Positions 28,405-38,362 of a stretch of DNA of 64,000 nucleotides are shown in pieces. The translations under genes were made by a program, and so were the position numbers. Position 1 is the first letter of the stretch. Each line of letters opens with the position of its first letter. The DNA lies in the IMG/VR virus record IMGVR_UViG_3300025929_000015, positions 35,377 to 99,376 of that record; one strand, 5' to 3'. The notes below the pieces were generated by a model. It was not told the DNA's origin. It saw only the letters and a list, made by a program, of their open reading frames with translations, and made no database searches. Source of the stretch: a virus.

Positions 28405-29362
28405 CGTTCCTCCCTTGCACGAATACCTTCAGGGTCCGCTGGTCGTCCTGTAGCTGCACCTGCACCTCCAGGTGATACCGGACATACACCCGCCCGTCTT
28501 CGTCGATGACCTCGAACCTGGTGACCTGATCGAACATGGCGCTCAGATCGATGCTGTTGCTCACCTGTTCTCCTCCTTCTCTTCCAGCAGGTACGGCGTC
28601 CGTGGCCGGGCGGACGATGATTTCCAGCCCGCACGCCGCGGCCAGCCGTTCCAGGTTCTCCGGCGAGGTGGCGTGCGAGCCGTGCAGGAAGGTGTAAGCC
28701 GCGGACAGCGAGAACCCGCCCGCCTGGGACAGCTCCAGCACCGTGACCTCCCCGGCGGTGAACTGCCGGCGTGCCTCGTTGACCAGTGCCGTGAACCAGC
28801 GCGCCCGCCCCGCGGGCAGCGGTTCCCAGCCCGATTTGACGCGGGTGAACCGCCCCTGGTCGCGGGCGATGAGCCGGACCATCTCTGCGGAGATGCCGAA
28901 GACAGCGCCGATCGAACGCAGGCTGCACCCGGCAGCGCGCAGCTCGCGGATGGCCTGTCCGCGCTGCGACGCAGGCGTTGACCGGCTGTACTGCCGCGCC
29001 GCCGCGTCCAGCACCGCCTGCGTCCTGGCCTCGCGCTCCGCCCGCTCCGCCCGCTTCCTGGCCCGCTCCGCGGGCTCCCGTTCCCTGCGGTCCAGGTCCG
29101 CGAGCCCGGCGCCGGTGGCGAACCACCGGTACTGGGGCGTGTTCTTGTAGTAGACCGACGGCTCCGTGCCGGCCGAGCGTCGCACCAGGCCGCGGCGTTC
29201 CATCCGGGTCAGGATGGAATTGCAGCGGCTGGCCCGCCTGCTGATGTCATCGGGATAGCTGAACAGGCGGGCGACCGCGCCGGCCGCCAGGCCGCCGTCG
29301 CCCGCGGCGGCCAGCGCTCTCAGGATCTCGTCTGCCGACGGGCTGCCGGGTTCTCTCTGCAT
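28370..29362 (-). CDS. Multi-HTH DNA-binding protein (in-frame internal start near 28564)
   Basis: wHTH-like N-terminus; GCSLRSIGAVFGISAEMVRLI; XRE-like third domain. Confidence 0.7.
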   Translation of the reverse strand: MQREPGSPSADEILRALAAAGDGGLAAGAVARLFSYPDDISRRASRCNSILTRMERRGLVRRSAGTEPSVYYKNTPQYRWFATGAGLADLDRREREPAERARKRAERAEREARTQAVLDAAARQYSRSTPASQRGQAIRELRAAGCSLRSIGAVFGISAEMVRLIARDQGRFTRVKSGWEPLPAGRARWFTALVNEARRQFTAGEVTVLELSQAGGFSLSAAYTFLHGSHATSPENLERLAAACGLEIIVRPATDAVPAGREGGEQVSNSIDLSAMFDQVTRFEVIDEDGRVYVRYHLEVQVQLQDDQRTLKVFVQGRNGDRDLGLSPAP

Positions 29363-29401
29363 GAATTCCTCCGTTCTTTTTTTGCGTCTACGCTGGACCT
29401 G

Positions 29402-29650
29402 ATGCGTGAGAACAGGCTGTCGCTGACCCTGCCGGAACTGGCGTCCGTGCTGGACCCGCCGGTGACCGCGGCGCAGCTTCAGCACCTGGTCACCGCGCTG
29501 CGGCTGCACCCGTGCGGGTACCGGCGCAACGGCCAGCCCGGACGGCCGCTACCCCGCTATGATGCTGAGACCATGATGCGTATACATGGTGCCGTGGCGC
29601 CCTGGCTGGCCGTGTGCGGGACCCTGGCCGCGGTCACCGGGTCGGCCTGA
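29402..29650 (+). CDS. Small HTH-like protein
   Basis: LTLPELASVL...GRPLPRYD. Confidence 0.6.
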   Translation: MRENRLSLTLPELASVLDPPVTAAQLQHLVTALRLHPCGYRRNGQPGRPLPRYDAETMMRIHGAVAPWLAVCGTLAAVTGSA

Positions 29651-30218
29651 AGATGCGCTCGGCGATCGCGAGGAGCGTGGCTCTCTTGCCGGACCCGGGT
29701 TCGCCCAGGCCGGTCGCGATGTCGTTCAGGCCCGCGCCGTACCCGTAGTCGTAGGTGCAGGCCCAGTGCGTGCCGTCCGGTTCGGTCATGGTGGCCTCGT
29801 AATGCCCCGAAGCCGAATGGGCGTCGTCGGTGAACGTGAACAGGTACTCCCCGGACCCGAAATCGTGCCGGACCTCGAAGTGGTCATACTCGAACTCCAG
29901 CTCCGGCGGCGCGCCGGTGAGTTCCCGGGGTGCGTACTCCTGCGGAGCCGCGGCGCCGTCCGGCCAGAAATAGATCCGGCTGGAGCCCAGCCCCTGCTTG
30001 TAGCAGCCGACCCGGACCGGGCCGTCGCCCAGCACGCCGTGGTGGCTGTGCTGCCACCACGCCTCGGTGCCGCGCTCGCGGTTCTTGATCAGGTTCGCGA
30101 AGATCCGCACCCCGCTGGGCAGCCCGGCCTCGTCGGTGTCGAAGACCCCGACGTCTTCCTTATCCGGGCGGCGCTTCCCGTTGCAGTAGGTAAACGCGCC
30201 GTAGTCTGAGTACGCCAT
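29634..30218 (-). CDS. Hypothetical protein
   Basis: Strong codon bias. Confidence 0.7.
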   Translation of the reverse strand: MAYSDYGAFTYCNGKRRPDKEDVGVFDTDEAGLPSGVRIFANLIKNRERGTEAWWQHSHHGVLGDGPVRVGCYKQGLGSSRIYFWPDGAAAPQEYAPRELTGAPPELEFEYDHFEVRHDFGSGEYLFTFTDDAHSASGHYEATMTEPDGTHWACTYDYGYGAGLNDIATGLGEPGSGKRATLLAIAERIFRPTR

Positions 30219-30645
30219 TGCCTATGCTCGCTCCCCGAAGCAGAACGTGATCTCGCCCGAGGGCGAGACTTCGATCGCGTCGCCGGGCAGCAGCGGCACG
30301 CCGGCGACAGACAGGTGCCAGCCGTCCGCCTCAATCCGGACGTCATAGGGCGGCCGGCCGTGCTCGTGCGGGATGCGTGCCATCTGGATGACAGCCAGGT
30401 TCTTGCCGTCCCAGGGGGCGGTCCGGACCGGTTCCGTGCGTTCGGCGGTGCTCATGCGCCCGTCCATTCCCAGTGGCCGACGTCAAGGCCGTCCGAGCCG
30501 GTGACCCGGCCGCCGGTGTCGTCGTCTTCTTCGTCCAGGCCGGCGGTGAGAACGGCCCGCACGTTGTGCAGGGTCAGCGCGCCGGCGGTGGTGTCCCGGT
30601 CGATGACCAGCCGCAGCATGAATGTGCCTTTCATGTCCCTTCCTT

Positions 30646-31209
30646 TCATGTCCCTTCCTCCTCCTTATCTGCCGTGACCTTCTTGGCCCCGGCGTCCCGG
30701 GAAACAGCCTCCCGCATCAGGGAGGGCACCTCCCAGCCCAGCGCGTGAAGCCGCCGGATCGCTGCCAGCGCGGCCCCGGACCCCTGGCCGGAGAGGCGGG
30801 TCGAGGCCAGCGACATCGCCAGCGCCCACTCCCACGGTTCTCCTTTCGTGACCAGGCGGCCCTGGAGGTTCCACAGCACGACCGCGCAGGACGCCCCGGC
30901 GACCGCCCACCGCGTGACCTGCGGGAGGTTCTCGAAGAACCGGGTGTGGATATGCGGCTCGGGGCAGTGCTCGATACAGCCCCTCCGGTCCCATTCCTCG
31001 GGCCGCTTCGGGGCGTTCATGGGCTCGGCGCTGCTTCCGGTCAGGGCGCACAGCTTGTCCGTGACCTGACTCAGCGAGGTCTCCACGTAGACCGAGACCT
31101 GCACGCTGCCCCGGGCGCGCGTCTTGTTCTTATGCCGGACGACATGCCCGTGCATGTCCAGGACTCCCGCCGTCCAGCCCAGGTCTGCTTCGGTTATCAC
31201 CTGGCTCAT
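30646..31209 (-). CDS. LAGLIDADG-like protein with Cys/His insert
   Basis: ADLGWTAGVLDMHGHV resembles the LAGLIDADG helix; CIEHCPEPHIH. Confidence 0.6.
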   Translation of the reverse strand: MSQVITEADLGWTAGVLDMHGHVVRHKNKTRARGSVQVSVYVETSLSQVTDKLCALTGSSAEPMNAPKRPEEWDRRGCIEHCPEPHIHTRFFENLPQVTRWAVAGASCAVVLWNLQGRLVTKGEPWEWALAMSLASTRLSGQGSGAALAAIRRLHALGWEVPSLMREAVSRDAGAKKVTADKEEEGT

Positions 31210-31634
31210 GGCGAATGCGTCGTGGCCGGCGGCGTCACCCCGGGGATGCTCGGCGTGCCCGCAACGGCGGGCTGGCCCTGGGCCAGCGCGAACGTCACGA
31301 CACCGGCGGCCCACGCGTGCAGCGCCGGGCCGTGCGCGTCGGCCAGGGTGAACGTCCGCACCGCGAAGTTCACGACCCCGGCGCCGTCGGGGAACGTGGC
31401 CTGCACCGCGCTCATCATCGACGTGATCGGGTGCGACGGCCGGAAGTCCTTCTGGAAGCTGGCGAGCAGCTCGCCTTCCAGCCGCTGCTTGTCCGCCCGG
31501 TAGGCGGGGTCCGCGGTCAGCGCGCTGACCGCGGACCGGGCCGGGTGCGCGGTCGCGCCTGGCGCGGAGGCGCACCCGGCCGCCAGCAGTACCGTGGCTG
31601 CTGCCATGGCGGCCAGCATGTCCTGCTTGTTCAT
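31206..31634 (-). CDS. Lipoprotein
   Basis: Lipobox LLAAGC. Confidence 0.7.
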   Translation of the reverse strand: MNKQDMLAAMAAATVLLAAGCASAPGATAHPARSAVSALTADPAYRADKQRLEGELLASFQKDFRPSHPITSMMSAVQATFPDGAGVVNFAVRTFTLADAHGPALHAWAAGVVTFALAQGQPAVAGTPSIPGVTPPATTHSP

Positions 31635-31801
31635 TTCACGGTTCCTTTCCCTTTTGCGGAACTAGCTGTTCGCGCTTTGTCGCAGGATTCGGTGTGGTGA
31701 CCCGTCAGCTCGCAGGCCATGCAGCACCACCACTTTTTACGGAACCTCCCCTTGACGACCGTGTATGTGCCTTTCCGGCCGCAGCCCGCACATTTCCTCA
31801 T
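31631..31801 (-). CDS. WWCC zinc-finger microprotein
   Basis: RKCAGCGRKG...KWWCCMACELTGHHTESCD. Confidence 0.7.
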   Translation of the reverse strand: MRKCAGCGRKGTYTVVKGRFRKKWWCCMACELTGHHTESCDKARTASSAKGKGTVK

Positions 31802-31929
31802 TGTCCGTTCCTCCGGTCGCAGGCGTAGGTGTGGCGGCCCGACAGCTCGCAGGTCAGGCAGCACCACCATTTCCCGGCCTGCTTGTACCAGCCTTTCCGG
31901 CCGCAGCTGTTGCACTTCCTGAAGGTCAT
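31798..31929 (-). CDS. WWCC zinc-finger microprotein (tandem paralog)
   Basis: RKCNSCGRKG...KWWCCLTCELSGRHTYACD. Confidence 0.7.
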   Translation of the reverse strand: MTFRKCNSCGRKGWYKQAGKWWCCLTCELSGRHTYACDRRNGQ

Positions 31930-31968
31930 CTGCCTCCTCCCTTAGCCGGGCAATTCGTTTTACCTGCC

Positions 31969-32026
31969 TCCTGGCAAGCAGGCCCCGCCCGGGGCGATGA
32001 GCCCGGGCGGGACCTTCCTGGCAGGA
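31969..32026 (-). repeat. Family-A element, copy 2
   Basis: Same conserved ends. Confidence 0.85.
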
Positions 32027-32027
32027 A

Positions 32028-32267
32028 TCAGCTGCGGCGCCGCCCGCGTATCTCGGCGACGGCGTCCTGTGCACCGGTCTGGTAGATCAGCTCCACGGCG
32101 AAGCCGAGCAGGGAGACGGGCTCTTCGGCGGCGGCCTGCTGCGAGACGTAATCGCGCAGCCGTTCGCTGACCACCTCGAGCAGGACCGGGACGGCTTCGG
32201 AGTCGAACGGCTCGTCCGAGGGGGGCAGCGCGATGACGTCCTCGCGGGTGACCTCTTTGGTCGTCAT
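32028..32267 (-). CDS. Hypothetical protein
   Basis: RBS AAGGAG. Confidence 0.65.
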   Translation of the reverse strand: MTTKEVTREDVIALPPSDEPFDSEAVPVLLEVVSERLRDYVSQQAAAEEPVSLLGFAVELIYQTGAQDAVAEIRGRRRS

Positions 32268-32278
32268 GACGTTTCTCC

Positions 32279-33850
32279 TTACTGCCCGTTGCTCGCGGGC
32301 TTCTTGGCGAAGGTGATGTCGTATCCGTCGTCGCCGGACACCATCTTCCCCTGGGTGGCGCCGAGGGCGATGGAGACCAGCTCGGTGATCCGGGCTTCCA
32401 TCGTGGTGACATCGTGGTCGCCGTGCTGGGCGTTGTCCATCAGGTCCAGGTGGGCCTTCATGCCGAACGCGGCGTCGACCAGGTCTGCCGTGCTGATCGC
32501 GGCGGGCTGCCCGGCGTTCCTGGTGATCGAGTACCGGACGGCCCGCATGGCGGCCTCGGCGGCGAACGCGGGCAGGAAGCCCTCGTACGCCGCGGCGACC
32601 CGCACCCAGTCGATGTCCTCAGCGAGGAGGTCCCCGACGAGGACCTTGACCAGCCGCTCGTAGCCGTCCGCGTCCAGGTCCCCGACCGGGACCACCGCGT
32701 CGAGACGGCCCGGCCGGATGACCGACTTATCGAGCCTGTCTGCGAAGTTCGACGTGAACCCCGCCATCACCTCGGCTCCCTTGGCCTGGATGTTATCCAG
32801 GGTGTCCAGCACCTTGGCGATGGCCTTGCGTCCCTCGACCGCGGAGATGCCCGCGGACGCGATCACGTCCAGGTCCTCGACCCACACCACGGCCGGTGCG
32901 TACATCCGCGCCGTGATCATCGCGCCGAACGGGTCGTCGCCCGCCCGGACGAGAATGAAGGTCCACCCGTTTTCCTGCGCGATCTGCGCGGTCCGCAGCC
33001 CGGCCAGGGTCTTGCCGGTGCCGTTGGGGCCTTCGAGCAGCACGGCGCGCTTCAGCGGGATCCCCGCGTCACGCAGCGCCTCGGTGTACCGCATCGGCGC
33101 CCACAGGTTCACGTCCAGCTGCTCGAACACCTCCGGGCGGTAGATGATCTTCGCCGGGTCGATCCCCGACGTGTCCACGAACTGCGGCTCCTCGGGGTGC
33201 GCGGTGATCGCCCGCCCCTTGTAGATGGACCCGTTGACCAGCTCGTCGTCGATGACGGCGAAGAATCCCTCGATCCGCGCCTGGTGCTTCTTGGGTGCGG
33301 TCACGGAGATCTGGAAGACGGTCCCGTACTCGTCCGTCTGGGTGGCGCCGAGGACGAACGTCGCGTCCAGCAGCGAGAAGTTGACCTCCCCCCACGGAAC
33401 CTGGAGGGTCTGCCCGCCCGGGCCGGCCGGAATCGACCGGTACTGCGGCGGCTGCTTGCCGAAGAACATCGAGAACGTGGCCTTGCCGATCCCCGTGGTG
33501 CCGAAGACCCGCTTCATCGCCCGGTTGAACGCCGCCGCGCCATCCAGCGGCTTGAAGTTGAAGCGCCGGACGAACTGGAACTCGGCGTTCTGCTGGCCGT
33601 CCCAGTCGGTGAGGAACGCGACGACCTCGCCGATGTTCCCTTCCATCTGCGCGGGCAGGATGAACTGGGTTCCCGTGAAGATCAGGCTGTCCTCGGTGAC
33701 GTTCTGGCTGCCGAGCGCGTCCAGCTTCGCGAGCAGCTCGGCGGTGACCCGCTCCTGCTCGGTCGGCGGGCGGTTCGCCTTCGCGAGGGCACGCTCAGCT
33801 GCGCGGTCCATCGACGACGTGCCGGTGGCGCGCTTCCTGGTTGTAGCCAT
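32279..33850 (-). CDS. AAA+ ATPase (classical clade)
   Basis: LLEGPNGTGKT, VWVEDLD, TSN...LDKSVIRPGRLD. Confidence 0.9.
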   Translation of the reverse strand: MATTRKRATGTSSMDRAAERALAKANRPPTEQERVTAELLAKLDALGSQNVTEDSLIFTGTQFILPAQMEGNIGEVVAFLTDWDGQQNAEFQFVRRFNFKPLDGAAAFNRAMKRVFGTTGIGKATFSMFFGKQPPQYRSIPAGPGGQTLQVPWGEVNFSLLDATFVLGATQTDEYGTVFQISVTAPKKHQARIEGFFAVIDDELVNGSIYKGRAITAHPEEPQFVDTSGIDPAKIIYRPEVFEQLDVNLWAPMRYTEALRDAGIPLKRAVLLEGPNGTGKTLAGLRTAQIAQENGWTFILVRAGDDPFGAMITARMYAPAVVWVEDLDVIASAGISAVEGRKAIAKVLDTLDNIQAKGAEVMAGFTSNFADRLDKSVIRPGRLDAVVPVGDLDADGYERLVKVLVGDLLAEDIDWVRVAAAYEGFLPAFAAEAAMRAVRYSITRNAGQPAAISTADLVDAAFGMKAHLDLMDNAQHGDHDVTTMEARITELVSIALGATQGKMVSGDDGYDITFAKKPASNGQ

Positions 33851-33879
33851 TGGTTTCCTTTCCTTGCGTGGTGCCTGCC

Positions 33880-33937
33880 TCCTGGCAAGCAGAAAACCGC
33901 CCGGCCCTAAAGGCCGGGCGGCATCTGCCGGTCAGGA
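33880..33937 (-). repeat. Family-A element, copy 3
   Basis: Same conserved ends. Confidence 0.8.
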
Positions 33938-33953
33938 TCCCGGCGTCACCCTC

Positions 33954-34736
33954 CTACTTCCTGCCGAGCACCGCCACGGCCATGTCCTCGGCGATCTCGG
34001 CCGAGCTGGTGACCGAGTCGAACGAGTACACGCGCACGTTGGGATGCTGCTCGGCGACCTGGTTGTACAGCGCGAGCGTCTTGTCGTGGTCCTCGCCGTA
34101 GCCGAACACGGCGACGAACCACTCCTCCTGCGGCCACTCACTGCGGTGGTCCTCGGCCAGCCGCCGCCCGAACTCCTCGTAGTCCGCGATGGCCCCGTCG
34201 GTCCACACCGTCCGGGCCCGCTTCGGCCGCTCGGTCACCGGGCGGTCCCCGAACTCGGACAGGTAGTGCTGGTCCAGGTAGCGGACCGCGCCCATGATCC
34301 GGGTCCCGCCGTAGGGCAGCGGCACCTCCTGGCCGTTCTCGTCGGTGACGCGGATGGCGGCGACCTTGCGCTCCATGTTGGTGGAGTTCAGGTCCCCGTC
34401 ATCGTCGCCCCGGCCGATCTTGACCAGGTGGTGGTTGAAGAACGCGCTGTAGATCCCGCCCTTCTCGTCGGACCCGCCGGCCTGCTCACCGGCCGCCTGG
34501 GAATCCATCCCCTCGGCGGCGGCGGTGAACTGGCGGAACGCCTCCATCTGCACCGACCAGGTGGTCGGCGCGCCGGGCTCGGGCGACGAGCTGCCGTCCC
34601 AGCCCTCGGAGGAGGAGCCGTCGATCAGGGCGTCCGGCTCGACCTGGTCGGTCTCGGCGAAGACCGGCTCGATCCGGTTGCGCGGCGTCCGGCTCGGACC
34701 GCCGGTGGCCGGCTCGGTGCGCTCGATGATACGCAT
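33954..34736 (-). CDS. von Willebrand factor A (vWA) domain protein
   Basis: IDGSSS MIDAS, GGT, VWTDG, FGYG. Confidence 0.75.
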   Translation of the reverse strand: MRIIERTEPATGGPSRTPRNRIEPVFAETDQVEPDALIDGSSSEGWDGSSSPEPGAPTTWSVQMEAFRQFTAAAEGMDSQAAGEQAGGSDEKGGIYSAFFNHHLVKIGRGDDDGDLNSTNMERKVAAIRVTDENGQEVPLPYGGTRIMGAVRYLDQHYLSEFGDRPVTERPKRARTVWTDGAIADYEEFGRRLAEDHRSEWPQEEWFVAVFGYGEDHDKTLALYNQVAEQHPNVRVYSFDSVTSSAEIAEDMAVAVLGRK

Positions 34737-34829
34737 GATTTTCCCTTCCGCCTGAGTAGCCTTTACCCAGACTGCACCCCGCACCGGGATTCCCCCCCGG
34801 TGCGGGATACACGCCAGGTACGCGGCGTC

Positions 34830-35036
34830 TTACAGGTTGAATGCCTTGAAGAGCTGGCTGAGCAGGCTGCCGGCCCAGCGGAGCACGTCAGCGAACCCGT
34901 CGGCGACCGCCGCCATGGACGTCAGCTTGGCGTGCTGGTTGACCGCACCGACGGCGGCCAGCACCAGCAGGACGCCGAGGATCATCAAGGTGATGGAGAT
35001 GACCTTGACGAACCCGGCCATCATGGCGGAGAACAC
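34830..35036 (-). CDS. Small membrane protein
   Basis: TM helix plus amphipathic helix; RBS. Confidence 0.6.
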   Translation of the reverse strand: MFSAMMAGFVKVISITLMILGVLLVLAAVGAVNQHAKLTSMAAVADGFADVLRWAGSLLSQLFKAFNL

Positions 35037-35051
35037 GCCTGCCTCCTTTCC

Positions 35052-35309
35052 TTACTCATCCGACGACTTGCGCCGCCAGACCGGGCCGGTCCGGACCGGG
35101 CCGCCGCTGCCGTCGTCCATCCGCGCCGCCAGGCGTAGCTCCTTCCTGGACAGCCGGGCCGGGGGCTTGACTTGGCCGGATTCCATCTTCTTGCGCAGCT
35201 CCTCCTTCGACGCTGCGTCCTTCGCGGCTGCTTTAGCCGTGCGCGTCTTGGCCGCCTGGAACTTCGCCTTCTGCTTATCTGCCCTGCTCGGCTTCGGCGC
35301 TTTTGCCAT
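35052..35309 (-). CDS. Lys/Ala-rich basic protein
   Basis: RBS AAGGAG; histone-like composition. Confidence 0.6.
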   Translation of the reverse strand: MAKAPKPSRADKQKAKFQAAKTRTAKAAAKDAASKEELRKKMESGQVKPPARLSRKELRLAARMDDGSGGPVRTGPVWRRKSSDE

Positions 35310-35537
35310 TGCTGGTCTCCTTTCCGTGCTGGTGGAACTCAAGGGTGCAGCCGGCCCACCACAGCCCGTCCGGGTCATGATGGACCAGATGCTCAGCCAG
35401 GACCAGGTCGCAGCCCAGGCCGTGCGCGGCGCTGACCGCGCGGCACGGGCCCGCGTCCCGGTTCCGCGGCCGGACGGTGAGCCCCTGCTCCATCTCGGCG
35501 AGCGTACGCCGCTCGCCCGCCGACAGGGGGCCGCTCA

Positions 35538-35942
35538 TCAGTCCTCGCCCTCGAACGTATCGCCGTACTCCCTGGAGGTGGCGTCGGCCGCGTACTGGCT
35601 GGACATCCGCAGCCACTGCCGCTTCCAGTCCCAGTCGTCCATGACGTACCGGGCGAAGTTGGGCTCGCTCAGGGTGAACGTGTCGCCGGTGTCCATCTCC
35701 AGCATCTTGATGGTCCGGTCGTAGTCCCGGGTGTGGTCCTCGGGCCGGCTGAGCAGGATGCGGATCTCCGGGGTGCGGCCCGCTTCGAGGTCCTCGAGCT
35801 TGTTTTCCAGCAGCTCGGCGGCCCGTTCCCGGTAGCCGTGCAGGGCCGCCTCGAAGACGCCCCGGTGCCGGTCCCGGTTCTGCCGGAGGATCGCGATCAG
35901 CTCATCTTTCCGGACCGTCGTTTCCATGACCCTTCTTTCCAT
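35538..35942 (-). CDS. Hypothetical phage protein
   Basis: PEDHTRDYDRTIKMLEM...YVMDDWDWK. Confidence 0.7.
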   Translation of the reverse strand: MERRVMETTVRKDELIAILRQNRDRHRGVFEAALHGYRERAAELLENKLEDLEAGRTPEIRILLSRPEDHTRDYDRTIKMLEMDTGDTFTLSEPNFARYVMDDWDWKRQWLRMSSQYAADATSREYGDTFEGED

Positions 35943-36355
35943 GACCTTTCTCGCTTCCGTTTCGTGTCCCCGCACGGGGGCCGGGTGTCTCATGCCCGTT
36001 GGCGCCGCGCCGGCGGAGCCGGTCTTTCTCCGCCGTGATCAGCACCGAGCGTTTCGCCGCGGACTTCCGCCGTTTCCTTTCCTGCCAGAACCACCTGATG
36101 GCCATTTGTCCCCCTTTCCGGGTTCGGCCTTGATGACCGGCGAGGTGGTGATCCGCCGGTATTCGGCCGCGGGGTCGAGCGGATCGGCGATGATGACCAG
36201 GGACATGCTAGACAGCACGAACACCTGGCGGTAGCCGCCGCCGCACGTCCGGGCCCGGCCGCTCAGGCCGCCGGCCTCCAGCCGCCGCCAGGTGCGGGCC
36301 GCAGTGTCGATCGCGTAGACCGAACCGGTCGCGGTCGTCAGGAGGAGCTTCACCG

Positions 36356-36709
36356 CTACCCTCCTTCGCCCCAGCGGGCCGCGGCCTTCTCCAGCACCGC
36401 CCGGACGTCACCGAAGTGCGTGTCCTCGTGGTCGTTGAACCAGATGACCGCGACCTTGCAAGAAGACGGGCACATGACCCCGGCGGCCCGGGCCCGGTCG
36501 GGAAACTGCTCGCGGATGACCTGGGCGAGCAGCCGGAGGTACGGGTCGCTGTCCAGGTCGATCTCTTCACCGCTGAAATTGACCTGACCGGCGGCGCGCA
36601 GCCGGGCGGCGGTCAGGCAGACACGCGGTCCGGCCGCGTAGGCGTTCTTGCACCACCGGCGGTCGCTGGACAAGATGGCGAGCATCTCCTGCGCGACATC
36701 CTGCTTCAT
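36356..36709 (-). CDS. DUF6197-like protein
   Basis: WCKNAY...CLTAA...WFND...DVRAVLEKAA. Confidence 0.6.
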   Translation of the reverse strand: MKQDVAQEMLAILSSDRRWCKNAYAAGPRVCLTAARLRAAGQVNFSGEEIDLDSDPYLRLLAQVIREQFPDRARAAGVMCPSSCKVAVIWFNDHEDTHFGDVRAVLEKAAARWGEGG

Positions 36710-36827
36710 GGCTTTCTCCTTCCCGGAGCATCTGCTGTGACGCTCCCCGCAGCGCCGGGCGGTCAGCCCGGCGCCACGGCCAGCGGCCAGCAGGCCGGGG
36801 ACGTGGCGCACGTCCCCGGCCCGGGAC

Positions 36828-37322
36828 TCACAGCGCGCGCCGCTGACGGTCCCGCGCGACCCGCTCCCGCCTCCGGTCGGGCTGCTGGTCATCCCAGCAG
36901 ACGAACCCGGTGATCAGCGCGATGACGCTGACCACCGTGCCCACGATGCCCAGGACGAGGAACCAGGCGCACAGCACGTTGGACAGCGTGTCATGGTAAT
37001 GCGCCAGCGCCGTCGCCGGCACGACCGCGGTCAGCAGGCTCACCGTCAGCGTGAGCGTCCCAGCCGGGACGAAATTCCGCGGCACTCCCCAGTCGATGCG
37101 GCCCTCGTCCGCCGTGTCCGCCAGGTCCGGCAGCCCGCGCAGCGCGAGCACCCGGCGCAGCACCTGCCGGGTCTGCGCCTGGCCGATCTCCCCGGCCAGC
37201 ACGTTACGTTCGTCCGTGCTGGTGATGTAGCCGGCCCGGACCAGCTCATCCAGGTGCTCCTGGTATCTTTCCCGGTCCGCGTGGCACGCGCGGGGCTCAC
37301 CGGCCCGCTCGATGCTGGTCAT
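36828..37322 (-). CDS. DUF1707 (SHOCT-like) membrane protein
   Basis: RACHADRE...L...AGYI; two TM helices. Confidence 0.65.
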   Translation of the reverse strand: MTSIERAGEPRACHADRERYQEHLDELVRAGYITSTDERNVLAGEIGQAQTRQVLRRVLALRGLPDLADTADEGRIDWGVPRNFVPAGTLTLTVSLLTAVVPATALAHYHDTLSNVLCAWFLVLGIVGTVVSVIALITGFVCWDDQQPDRRRERVARDRQRRAL

Positions 37323-37630
37323 GCGGGTACCACCTCGCCTTCGGGGTTGAACAGGTGACAGTGCCCGCGCAGCGCACCGTCCGCAGCGAACTTGCGGCAC
37401 GGGTCGCACAGCAGGTCTTCCTCGGTGATCTCGTTCGCGCACCGGACCTGGCAGTCGTCACCGCAGCTACGGCACTGGCATTTCCCTTCGGTGTCGCCGT
37501 CGTCTGCGTGCAGCGCGATGATGCGGAGCCCGACCACCCCCCAGGTGCGTACTACCTCTTGCTTCTCTTCGGTGAGGGACATCTGTGTTCCTTTCCTTGG
37601 CGGGGCGGCCCCGCAGGGCCGCCCCGGTTT

Positions 37631-38164
37631 TCAGGCCGCGTTGGCTACCTGGCGGAACCCGGGCTCGTCGGTGACCAGATGCAGCATCTGCGCGAGGTGC
37701 GCATCCGCGAGCGGCAGCCCGCCCGGCGGGTGGCAGCAGAACGACGCCAGCCGGACCTCCCCGGTCTCCGGCATCAGGTCGACGTTGCCGGCCTGGCTGC
37801 GCCGGCGGATCCGGTACCGGCCGCCCGCCGAACCGCGCACCTCGAAGTAGCCCCGCCCGGTGTAGCTGGCGGCTTGCTCCTCGGTGAGCAGTTCCAGCAG
37901 CAGCGCCTCCGCCCGCGCGCCGGCCTGGTGCCGCTCGGCCCGCCGCTCCTGTTCCCTGCGCTGGGCTTCGTGCTGGGCTTCGACGGCCTGCGCATACGTA
38001 CGTTCCGTCTGCTCGTTCCATGCCTCCCACGTGGTGGTGAGGTACGCGCCGGTGCCGGTGCTAGTGCTGTACGTGCTGTTCCAGCCGGCCCAGATCGTGG
38101 TTGTGGCCGTCGAGGCCGTCATGATTGTGCCCGTCGATGAGGACGGGACCCAGATGTTCGGCAT
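37631..38164 (-). CDS. Hypothetical phage protein
   Basis: YFEVRGS.GGRYRI...CCHP...LPLAD.HLAQMLHL..DE..F..AN. Confidence 0.7.
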   Translation of the reverse strand: MPNIWVPSSSTGTIMTASTATTTIWAGWNSTYSTSTGTGAYLTTTWEAWNEQTERTYAQAVEAQHEAQRREQERRAERHQAGARAEALLLELLTEEQAASYTGRGYFEVRGSAGGRYRIRRRSQAGNVDLMPETGEVRLASFCCHPPGGLPLADAHLAQMLHLVTDEPGFRQVANAA

Positions 38165-38362
38165 TTCTTCCCAGCCTTCAGTTCGCGTTCAATGCGGTCG
38201 TATGCCTTGCGCAGCTCGCGCTTAATCCGGTCATCGAACCTGCGCATTTCCTCCTCGATTTTGGGATCGGGATCGGGCATTTCCTCATACCTCCTTCCGT
38301 CCCGGGGATGCCCCGGGCCGGAGCCCCGCACGGTGCAAGCACCGTACGGGACCCTGGCCCGC

